Assembly (NCBI GenBank): GCA_964057225.1 | Contig: OZ059897.1 | Location: forward strand, 9,672,001 to 9,736,000 | DNA: 64,000 bases | Origin: Auanema rhodensis | Lineage: Eukaryota > Animalia > Nematoda | Direction: 5' to 3' | Part shown: positions 1-11,708 of the stretch, one piece after another | Numbering within the stretch: the stretch's first letter is position 1 | How the letters are laid out: each line of letters opens with the position of its first letter | Notes under the pieces: generated by a model | Database searches by the model: none | The model's input: only the letters and a program-made list of their open reading frames with translations | What the model was told of the DNA's origin: nothing | Translations under genes and position numbers: made by a program

Positions 1-1082
1 AACCTGTTGGACGTGTTTTTATGGAGAAGCATATTGGGGCATCCCAGGCTGATCTTTACGTAATCCCATCAGAATGGGAAATTGATGGAAATGAAGATGT
101 GAAAGAATTTTTCAATTTACCGGAATCTCCAAATTCTACAACAGTAAATCATCAGGTATATTAAAATCTTCTGCTCCATTTGTACACTCAGTAATTCAGT
201 TTTTCGAAAAAGATACTACTCTTCGTGAAAAGAGTACCATAGAAATTAATAATGATACATTATATCACGAGGTATGTGGTATCTTTGATCTTTTATTAAA
301 CTAAGAAATAAATAATTTAAGGATTTGTCTGCGAATGATGATGCATTTTCAACAGTAGGCAAAAACACTCAACACGGCAGCCAGGTATGATATTAGACAT
401 TTTTTAGATGTTTTAATTTATATTTAAGGCATTATCTTCGAGTTATATCTATATATCTGATATCGATAACAATTCACTTTTGAGTTCTTATTCATGTAAT
501 CCAGATAATTTACAGACTCAAGAAAATCGTAATGATATAGAGGTTAGTTGATTTTGTTTTTATTTTATGACCTATGTAATCACACTGCCATCTCTCTGAA
601 GCCCTACATTCAATTCAAATTTGCATTGTGTCTATGACATTGTGTTTGAATATCGTATTGTTAAGTTATTAACACAGTCCGACTTTTAGAAAACGACAAC
701 ATCGCAACCATGTAGTTCTCACTTTGCGATAGAAGATATAAATAAAACCGATGAGTTAAACTTTTCAGCTTTATCAAGTATGATTCACATTTTTGTTTTT
801 AAATACTAAATATCTTTAAGATTTCACCAATGATTCCAAGTTTTCCGTTTCAACGTTTTTGTTTGTTTTCTTTTAATTTTTTAAAATTTTTATTCCAATT
901 TAAGAGATTCATTAAATGAGATGGAGAAGATATTCAAAAAAACATCTAAACTTCTTGAAACAAGATTAGATGTAGAAACTGCTTCAGAAGTAGCCCGGAA
1001 ACTCAATTATGATAATATTGCTACATTAAACAAAATTTTCGAAGTTACTTCAGAAAATTTAAAAGAATTCTTAAAACAATAA
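1..1082 (+). CDS. 3' part of an uncharacterised multi-exon protein (5' end outside window)
   Basis: Open exons bounded by GT/AG. 3-155 reads PVGRVFMEKHIGASQADLYVIPSEWEID... The last exon, ~905-1082, reads DSLNEMEKIFKKTSKLLETRLDVETASEVARKLNYDNIATLNKIFEVTSENLKEFLKQ* (TAA 1080-1082). No family recognised. Confidence 0.65.
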
Positions 1083-1265
1083 CTCTTTACGATCGTCTTA
1101 TTCGCATGATTTATTCGAGAAAAAATTTGAAGTATCTCCTTAGGACCGTTTTATGTGTTGTGAAGAAAAAGTTCCGATAGAAATTGATATATTTATAAAC
1201 GTTATGTTCAATATACAATGTTGAAAATTTGTTCGGATGAAATAACATATAGAGAAACAGGTATA

Positions 1266-1731
1266 TTAGGTGGGTCCAGCTGGTCGCATCAAGTTATGTG
1301 GATATTCACCCTTAGTCTTAGGAGAGAACAATAAGTTTGACCTGAAAAGGTTGAAAAAGAATAAATAAAGAGAAACCAAGTTTATATCTTCAATTTACCT
1401 GTGAGGAATCGGATCATGAGGTCCAGGGGTAGGTACATGCCCAGCACAATATACCTAAGTAAAATGGTTAGTTCAATTATTTTCAAAAAGGTGGCAATGT
1501 TTACCTCCAAATCTTGTGTGTCATTACGGTTATTATGATAAGTTTTAAGAGAAAGTCGAGTACCACAAATCCAACATTTGAAACAACCTTTATGGAACAT
1601 AGCTCCATCTTTTAACGGGCCCATCTAAATGAATTAGCATTCAGTTTTTCAGTTGTTTCATTTTTTTATATTTGACAAACCTTATCATTAAAATATGTTG
1701 GGCGTTTACAACGAAAGCAAGGTTCCTTCAT
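1266..1731 (-). CDS. Small LIM-domain-only protein (hillarin/LTD-1-type LIM)
   Basis: Four exons splice in frame: MKEPCFRCKRPTYFNDK|MGPLKDGAMFHKGCFKCWICGTRLSLKTYHNNRNDTQDLE|VYCAGHVPTPGPHDPIPHR|SNLLFSPKTKGEYPHNLMRPAGPT*. The CxxC..HxxCxxCxxC..CxxH zinc pattern is present. The frame stays open to an acceptor at ~1760, so an upstream exon is possible. Confidence 0.85.
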
Positions 1732-4700
1732 ATCTAAAACTTCTAATTCAGGAAGCGATCTAATCAATAAAAAAAATTAAAAACAACGAATTCTTGAAGA
1801 AAAAATAACAAGAAACAACAATGTTAAAATACATAAAAACATATACATAAAGAAATGTGTATATACAAGAAATAAGACAAAGCTAAGAATGTGATGAGAA
1901 ATACAGATCAAGGAGAGAGCTTAGTGGCTCCGACTGACGACAAGAACGAGGACTAGACAACGAGAAAAGACTGTTGAAGAGAATTCAGAAGATAGCAGGA
2001 GCCGAAGAACGGGTGGAACGTTGAGAAATTTGAGAGAAATATAGAAAAACAGAAAATGAGGACTGTAAAAGAGAACTGTTGTTGAATGAAAGAATAGGAG
2101 TGAAGGAAACAAGGCATGCAGATGACGACAGACGGCACTGCAAATATATTGCACAGCAAGATAGTATAAAGCAATGAGAGAAATCAACAGAATCAAACGT
2201 TTGTCAGGCACATCGTCAACAGAATTTGAAACAGTCTGAAGGCATAGTTTTTATGTTGAACAACTTATGAATTTGTCGTGCACTGTCATTAATCGGCAAA
2301 AATAATTTGGTCAATAGTTACATTGAATTAGAACTACAATCCTGGTACTGTGCAGGTATCAGGAGGCAAGTTTCAGGAAAACTTCGGAATAGACACTTGT
2401 TCAACAGGCAACGATAGTAAATCGTTCTTCAATCTCTATGAGATCTTTACTTTTTGGCGTTCAAGATGCTTAAAGTGTGAGGAAGTAAAGTACAAGAGCC
2501 TGTAACCTCATCTTCATTTCTGTAGATAAGCACGATGAAGTGAGAGAAGGATGAAAGCAAATAAACCTTAACCTTATATGGCTACCAGACTTACGAACAT
2601 CAATAAGTTGAATTTTTTATTATCAAAGAAAAAACATAATTGAAGAATAATTAGGATCAAACGGTATAGTTCATGCATTAGAGAATAAATTGAAGTGAAG
2701 AAGTATGATGAAGCTACCGATGATAAGAAGCAAAGGTTTGAACAATAAGATGTGGGCGTCAGAAGAAGAGGAAGACGGATGGTTGCGTAAAGATCTTCGG
2801 CAGCGTATTCTTCACATCGAAAAGAATAGTGGTGAGGAGGCCGACAAAGTAAACTTCGAGGCAAGTTGAAGTTAGATAAAAAAAAGAATATGTGATGGCA
2901 TAGGTTGAAAAAATGTGGAAGAAAAGTAGTTAAACTAGTCGAAAAAGTCAATTAAGATGGATGTTGAAGGACTTGTGATAATCAACTGTTTAACAAATAA
3001 ATTTTTTAATTATGAGTTGTTCATTCACTGCTATATGCCACAGATCAGGAGACAACATTTCAACGTTTTCTAACACTTTTTCAAGAACACATTTGAAATA
3101 TAAAGAGCTTTAACCCGAAAAGCTTCTTAGATTTAGTGCGGAGCTGGAGCGAAAATCAAAGTTTTCTCTCTTAGAATAGACTAATATTTTAAGAAAAAGT
3201 TATGGACAAGATTGGAGCCAGTTCTTACATAAACGATAGAACGTAAAATTTAAAATGTGAAGAGGCAAGAGGGTAAACGATCAGGATGATCAGACACAAC
3301 ACGCGTTCGAGCATTCAGAAGAGCAGGTATGCCACAAGCGAAGTTCTTTTTCCCTCTTCTCCTCTTTGATTCACTCAGACTCTGTCAATCTCAGTAGTTG
3401 ATCATTCTCGTTCCTCCAACAGAAGTCAATCAACTGTTCAAATATTGTCCTCAAGGCTGCTGTGCTCGTCGTGTGCACATCGTTAAATTCTCAATTGTCT
3501 TTTGCCGAATACCGACCTTTGTATTTTCAATTGAAGGCATACATATAACCTTTATTTCATGATCATTAATCAGAAATTAGAGAGCTGGATTCAAGACATT
3601 CAGCTTTCACGGGAGAAAAATTAAAAAAGTTCTCAATTGGAAACTGGACAAATGTTCTTGAATGACATGAGACACAACAATTATTCGGAAAAGGAGGCCA
3701 CATATTAGTGAAAGAGCAAGACAATGTGTGAATACGATTGAGTCGGAATTCAGAAATAGTTGTGAATATTGGCTATTGGCTGAATACTTGTTGAACAGGG
3801 TCGGGACATAAAAGGAATCGTGTGCACAACGGATTAAAGACAGTTTCCCTAAAATATGCTGAGGAAAACATAGCAGAATGAGGAAAAAAGTGTGAATTTG
3901 TTGGAAAGAAATAACTTTATAGGATTTTTTCTCCACAGAATAAAAAAAATCCACGACCACACGAATCGAAACAAATTGTGTCTAAAACAGAAAAAAAAAT
4001 ATAATTGTCAATCAATATATGTATGAATCTGTTTTGTTAGATCAGCTGATTTTCTTTGAAAATATTTTGACTCTATGATATTATTTAACTAATTATTGTA
4101 TATTTTGATTATTATATATTCTGAATTACAGAATACTTAAGACAAAATGATGAAAGTTGCGGGAAAAATGATAAATAAAGATGATAATCAAATAAAATCA
4201 ACTGCCCTCTTCTAATTTGTTTTGATTATAATTATATTATTTTGACTTGCGTTACATACACGTAGCTGTGTGCCACCACATCACTTCATAACTCACTCAC
4301 GGTTCATGTTGATGTTTCTAAATTAAATATTATTTTAGAAATTTCATAACAAAAAAAGAGAAGAAGAGAATTTTAAACATAGTATTGATGTACATGTAAA
4401 TGTTTATATATTTGACAACAACTTCTGAATGAAATTACAGATAAAGTATTTAGTAAAAATCGATTTCTTTCTAATCTGTGAGGTATCAACAAAGAGTCAA
4501 ATGAATGGTCTATTTGAAGAATTGCTGATGGCTGGCGATAGTCGAAGCATTCAAAGAAATTGACCAGTTCAGCTCAATTTCTGTCACGAAAATAAACAAA
4601 GGCACATGGATATGGGATTTCTTGAAGTATCCTTAAGCTTAAGAAATAATTAGACTGAAACATTGAATAAAGGATAATATGATTACTTGATAAGTTGCCA

Positions 4701-5750
4701 AAGTTTTATTGTGATTACTGTATGGTTACAACATTTTTGAGACAAACACAAGCTGTTTCTGTATTCAAAAAATATAAAAGAAGAATAGTGAGATTAACTG
4801 CTTCCTAACATTCATTAACCAGTTTCAAGTTGTTAGCTAAATGGCTTGGATGTAGAATTTTCTGTCAATATTCATCGTCTAGCAGAACTTTCTATAAATA
4901 AAATAATTGAGTATATCTACGGAATGATGTGGATTTTTATATGATATGATTTATGTTCTTAGATATATACGTCACCTATTGTGTTTGGATATCAAGCTTG
5001 ACCAGGCTGAAACTTGAAACCAAGTACAGTTATGCTGTTTTGAAAGGATAATTTATGGAAATATATCAATGTCCTGGATAAAGACACTGATTATATATAG
5101 CTTCAATCGTCTGTGAAAGAGGATTTGTGATTATCAAGCGACGGAAATACACATCTATCTGAACTCGATGATCAACGAACGATCAAAGACAATTTCCTGT
5201 TCGAAGCTTGTTTAGTGGACTTTAATCAAAACCTAAAAAGAAACTTTCAACTTCAATAATTATTTGAATCTTGTATTTAACTTCCGAATACAAAACTTTG
5301 AAGCTTAAATTATTGCTATGACTGACTGTGACGTTAGTAAATACAGAAGAACATACATAAATCACAAGCAATCTCTATTGAGAGAGAAAGGATGAAAGAG
5401 GAAGACATTATCGTAATAAGAGAAAGAATAGTTAAAGAAGATATGAAAAAAGTCTCTAACTAGTTAAAGCATATTTATGTATTTTTCAGTATACCCATCC
5501 TTGTTTAAGATTATCATTCAAATCTGGACAATTATAGTTTTTCGCTAAAATAAAATCTGGTAAGATTCTAATATACATATTTTAATCTTGAATTTTAAAA
5601 GAAAATAAGACATATAAGTGAATTAATATAATTCCCTCTTTCAGCCGGATTTCTTCTGCAGGTTTCTAGTCATTTTTAAGAGAAGCACTTTTTTTCCTGT
5701 TGGCAAATCATAATTTCATCTTAGTTAATCACATAAGCCACATTAAAAAA

Positions 5751-5920
5751 ATGTTTCTACTTGTAAGTTGCTTGTTCTGTTTTCTAATTATGGTCATTTC
5801 TTCTATTTCAAATAGCCAAGTCTTTATCCAGTCTTTGATAAAATCTGCTATTCATTCAGCGCAATTAACCGGTTCATCATGCTAACTTGGCGCAATACAA
5901 TGGACAAGCACGATCTGTAA
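5751..5920 (+). CDS. Candidate 38-aa spliced micropeptide MFLLPSLYPVFDKICYSFSAINRFIMLTWRNTMDKHDL
   Basis: AAAAAAATG start context. Exon 5751-5762, GTAAGT...AATAG intron 5763-5815, exon 5816-5920 ending TAA. A further GTATGT...TTTTTCAG intron at 5948-6289 lies in the 3'UTR. Confidence 0.5.
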
Positions 5921-7963
5921 TCAGTCAAGACACTAAAGAAGAGATAAGTATGTATATCCATTCAGAAGTATTCATGTACTTTTGCTTTAATTTCTTCTTT
6001 TTTTCTGTTCTTTCTGTTAGCTTCGTATTCTTTTTGTTTTGTTTTTACCATATTTCTCTATTCTTTTTATACAAATCTATACTATAACTCTATGTAAATG
6101 CGTGACCAAATAAGAGGAAAAGTGCCAGTATTAAACTGTCATCAATAGCGAAATAAATATATTTTGAGGTATTTGACAGATTTAAACAACTCTTAGTCAG
6201 TTGCAACTTTCACATTAATTTTGATCTTCACATAGAAATATTTGAAATCTTTAAATAATTTGAATATAGAGATATTCATCATTTTTCAGTTCGTTATCTA
6301 TCTCTCCTGGTTTTATACAATCCGCATTATTTCTCGTCTGTGTGCAAGTCAGAACAATTCATCGAAAAACTAGAAAATCAACGTATTTGAATAAATTTTG
6401 CATATAAAGCATATACATATGCCTTCTTGGAATATTTTTATGTTCTTTCAAGATATATATATGTATGTATATGGCTTAAACGGAAATTTTTTAAGTATTT
6501 GAAATGATCAGAGAGCGAACTAAGTAAGTGAGTTAGAGAGGCAAATGCATACAACCGCTCGTTGCATTATTAATCAGTAAAATAAACAGAGCCACGTATG
6601 TTTCACGTAAAGGCATTGTATTTTTAGAAATCAATTTCTGATATAGTCATGAACCAAAATTCATCAAGAGAAATCTTTTTTTTATTTCAAAAATTGTAAA
6701 GATCATGGTAAAGAAGTTTAGTAAAACGTAGAAAGAGCATTGTCATGCATCATTAAATTCTCTATTTCACATGATTTTTTTATTTGTAAATTCAAAAGAG
6801 AATCATAAAACGATGATATGAAGCAGGTCAATAAGCAGATGGGTTTGATGTTTTATGATAAACAAAACTGGTAAAATCAATCTTATCCTTTTATTACTTC
6901 TGAAAATCTTCGAATAAACGATTACTAGATTTCGGAGAAAGAATTTTTTTTAACTCCGGCAGCACATTTACATTAGATTATTAATATCGTGTTTCAATTA
7001 TAAGCCTGGAAAACTCAGTAAGCGTAGTCAAGCAAATGAAAATTAGTTTTTTTCCAATTGTGACTTGATTTTCCAGACTGAAACACATAACTCAATTAGG
7101 GTTTATGAAACTTTAATTAATTGTGTAATTACACAGTTTTTTCTTTAATTCTTGTCATTCAATTGTTCTATTCAAGCTGAGCGCTGTGAGTATGAATCTT
7201 AATTATTCTTTCTACGATCAGAACATCATTTTCCAAAATTCAGCTGATTAATGAAGATATCGAGATTTGCAATCGCTGAATATCTAGTCCTTTGTTGTAA
7301 AAAATGTGTCCATAAAAAAATTGTTTCACCTTCAACAATCTCATCGCAATTAACGCCTTTCAGCGGTTCCCATAGACGACAACATAAAGTTGACGTCAGA
7401 GAGGTCCTTCAACGGCTATCACGACGTCAATGGCGTCTGCTACAACGGTGGATCAGTGATGAATCTCGTTTGCATTAGCCAAAAGCACCACGACGCAACA
7501 ACCTGTTCGGACGTTATCTTTGAATCTTCCTTATTTGGCATTTCCACACCATCCCGAAAATCGCTCCTCCTCTCTTTATGGTTCGAATAAGCCAAATCTT
7601 TTCACATCCGAGGTCTGACGTCTTCAGTCATACCTCTAAACCAGCCCGGATACTTGACACTCACCTCTTCATTTTAGTCTATGTCCAATCTGTCTGTCAG
7701 GATATTCTTTGACAAAGTGCGAAAACCGGACTTACAATAGCTTAAACAATTTAAAACTTGAAGTTTGGGCATGATTTTTCATTTTAAAATCTCGATTTTC
7801 CAGTTTTTATACTTGTCATTTGGGATACTGTGTTGTCTTCATTTACTTCTTTAATTTCTTAGGCATTTTGTTATTGTTTCATCTGATTGTCTTCATAATC
7901 TCGTATTCTTGCAACTCTACGTCCAAATTGCCTCCAGTTTTTTCGTCTATTCTAATCTTATAG

Positions 7964-10900
7964 ATGGCAATTGGGCCGCTTGTGATAGGGCTTGGTGTGA
8001 TAGCCCTAGCCATAGCTAGTAATATTCCATGTGGCAAGTCATTTTTACCGTGTGCAAATGAAGCTCAAAAATCAGACCATATAGCGTTCTCTAGAGATAG
8101 TAGTAAGTTTTGTTTTTATTCTAACTCATTAATTTATGTATGTATATATTCGTTTTCTATATACTACTGTGCCGGTACATTCAAACTCTATATATGAAAG
8201 TGAAGTAATCCAGAAAAAGAGGGCGAATGTCAAGAACTATTAGCCTCCAAAAAATTTTTTTTCAATTGAATGAAATAGTTTTTATTAAATTAGAAAACGA
8301 AATTTCTCAGATAGTAGCATCTAATTCAATTTTTTTAATATTACAATTTATAGATATCGTTGTATCTCATAGAATACCTGATGGTCTGTTCTTCTTAGCG
8401 GCTAATGAAGCTACTAAAGAAGTCAATAGCCTATTCAACTATACAGATCCCGGTTTTCAATATTCCGGTAATAAGTAATATATTAATTTTTATTCAATTT
8501 CTATTTTAAGGACATTATCTATCCACTAGTGTCAACCAGTGGACAGAGCTTCATAGTTTGGATAAAAAAGCAGCTGAACGAAGTCGGGCTGCTTATACAT
8601 CTATTGCTATCACAAAAAGACTTACATTGTAAATTGTCTATTTAGGTACTTCAACGTAAACTTAATATTTTTCAGGTTGGGATTAAGAGAACGCGAATTG
8701 CGATTTGGAGTTGGCATTAATCAAGTTGCTAATGCCATAGGAAACTGCCCAATTCCTCCAATAGATTTCTGTCAAGCTACCTCTTATAGGTCAATTTCTC
8801 AGAAATTTTAATAATTATTTCTCACGTATAATATAATAAGTCAATATATTGTATTCGCTAGAATATTCTACTATTTAAACTAAGAAAATATATATAATAT
8901 ATATATATATACTCTCATCTAAATTATTGAGACAGATGACAGTTAGAAATTACAATTGTTCTATATGGGTGATAAGCACCTTGCATTCGAATATAAGTAT
9001 ATTGAAAGGAAATATAAATTGGGCAATATTCATAAAAACTAATACTATCATTTTCTTAAAAATTAAGTACTTTATGCTGATAGTGCGCTAAGCTGACAAG
9101 CGAAATTCAAATTTTTGAATATTCAAATACATTTCCCCCTCAAATACATGATAACTAGTAGCGTTCTGTTATATTGATTTGCATCGAGCTCAGATATTTT
9201 AAAAAAACTCAGTTTTATGTTATATTCATTTTTAAGTCTCATTTTTCTATTTTAAGATCTTTCTCTGGTATTTGTAACAATGTTGCTCAGCCTGAATGGG
9301 GTGCCAGTAGCACTGCTTTCAGCAGATTGTTGAAACCAGTATACGGAGATGGTAATAGCTTGATACTATTCGGTTTTATTTTTTTGTATTTTAGGTGTAT
9401 CTAAACCACGAGAAGCTTTGTCTGGTAGACCTCTGCCATCAGTACGTGGATTGGCATTAACCCTATTCACAACTAAAAGCGAAGTAAGGATTTTGTAAAA
9501 AAAAAAAACTTGAAAACGTTCATTTTAGCCTCATAGCAGTGTGACCACCATGCTCCCACATTGGTGGCAAATTGTTGCATCTGACATGATATCTATTGTA
9601 CCACATCAAGCTGTTCTGAATGGTTTGTTTCAGTTTATTATAACTTTCAATTACTTCATTCTACCATTGCATATTAATAGTGATCTCTTTTTTAATTTAA
9701 TTTTTTTTGTTCAGCTCATGTTAACTAATTACATTACTTTCATTGAATTGATTCAGGTGAACCAAGAGCTCTTCCATGTTGTCGTGATGGGTACAGTCAC
9801 CCTGAATGTGATTCGATTCAAATTCCACCTGCTGATCCCGCATATCGGTAACTTGTTTTTGTTTTTTTTTTGCTTCATGTCTTTTTTTAACAATAGAAAT
9901 CGCGTTACTTGTATTCCACACAGTCGCTCTCTAATATGTCCACGCCCGTCATGTAGTTTGGGACCTCGAGAGCAAGTCAATTTGGCTTCATCTTTTCTCG
10001 ATGCTTCCTTCATTTACGGATCAAATTCAGAAAGAGCACGCCAGTTGCGCCAATTTAGAAAAGGTATTAACTTAAAAGTGGTTTTCGATTAAGTACCTAT
10101 ATTTACAGGACTTCTACGTACAGCTGGAAATGTTGGGGACTTACCAGGTACTGATGCTTCTGTTAGATGCCAGGCTGATGTTGGAAGGTAAAGAAAATAT
10201 TTCATTTAATAAGCTCAAACAATCTGTTCTCAGATGTGCTATTTCTGGATCAGATGAAGTAAATTTACTTCCTGGTATTACTTCATTATATGCTATTTTC
10301 ATTCGACAACACAATAGAATTGCTACAGAGCTGAAGGTAATACCCCTCTGTTCATAAACTGATTTTTTCTCTCTGTTTCCAGGATATGAACCGTCACTGG
10401 AGTGATGATAAGCTTTACGATGAATCTCGTAAAATTGTCTCCGCTCAACTCCAACATATAACATACAATGAATTTATTCCAATACTTGTCGGACAAGAAA
10501 ATGCCAAGTAGGATTTTTTATTAATATTTCTTAAGTTATTAAAAACTTTTGCAGGAAGTTTGGCCTGAAACTACATGAAAGCGGATTTGATGCTGATTAT
10601 GACTTGGGAATTGACGGAGCAGTACTCAACGAATTTGCTGTAACATTTCCTTATGTGTTGTGGTCTTTATATCCACCAAATGATCCACTATTTTCTTCTT
10701 TCAATAATCCAAGTCGAGCTTTTGAGTCCAGAGGAGTTACTAATTTGTTGAAGTGAGTAAATTTGACATTGACAGTATCTATTGTAAATCACTATTTTTA
10801 GACATATCTTAACTACTAGAATTCAAAAACCTGCTCTACGTGTAAATGACGAGGTAATCCTGTCTTAATGCATTGCTTTAATACAACTTTCTTCAGGTCA

Positions 10901-11657
10901 AAAGCGAATTCCTCCGTGACAATCGTGATATCGGTCTGGATTTAATTTCTATTGCTCTTAAGCAAGGTCGTGATCATGGAATTCCTGGATATACAATCGT
11001 ACGAGCTCAATGCGGTTTAGGAAAGGTTTAATTTATATATTTAACAAAGCTGATGATTTTTTTTCCAGATTCGATCGTTCCAAGAATTGAAAAATCATTT
11101 CCAAGATGTCAAAATAGAATATATAACTTCCATCTACGAGAGTGTTGATGATATTGATCTGCTTGTTGGAGTTTTAGCTGAACAGCCATTAAAGGTTTGG
11201 TTAAATAATTTACAAATTTATATGAAATAACATTTAGGGTGCTCTTTTGGGACCCACTATGTCTTGCATCGCTAGCAAACAATTTCAACGGGTTTGTTTT
11301 CTCTATTTATTACTTATATGAAGTTCAACTTTCAGACACGTAGAGGAGATAGGTTCTGGTACGAAAACTATTTCTCACCCTCCGGATTTTCCGAAGATCA
11401 ATTGATGGAAATTCGTAAAACAAGTCTCTCCGGTATCATCTGCTCAAATTCCGATTTCACCAGAATTCAGAAAAATACCTTCCTTATCGAAGATAGCTTT
11501 GAGTAAGCTGTTTGAATTCAATTCTTTATTAGATCTGATTTGCAGTAATATGCCTGTGTCATGTAATTCATCTGTATTTGAATCTGTTAATTTGGAACAC
11601 TGGAGAGATTATGAAGGACGTCCAACTTTCCCAGTTCGTCAGGAAACAATCGAAAAG

Positions 11658-11708
<51 letters not shown>

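Noticed and set aside
1921-3960. Hydrophobic F/L/S-rich ORFs on the minus strand (96, 125 and 117 aa)
   Set aside because: These are translations of pyrimidine-rich non-coding DNA, with no splice structure or family motifs.
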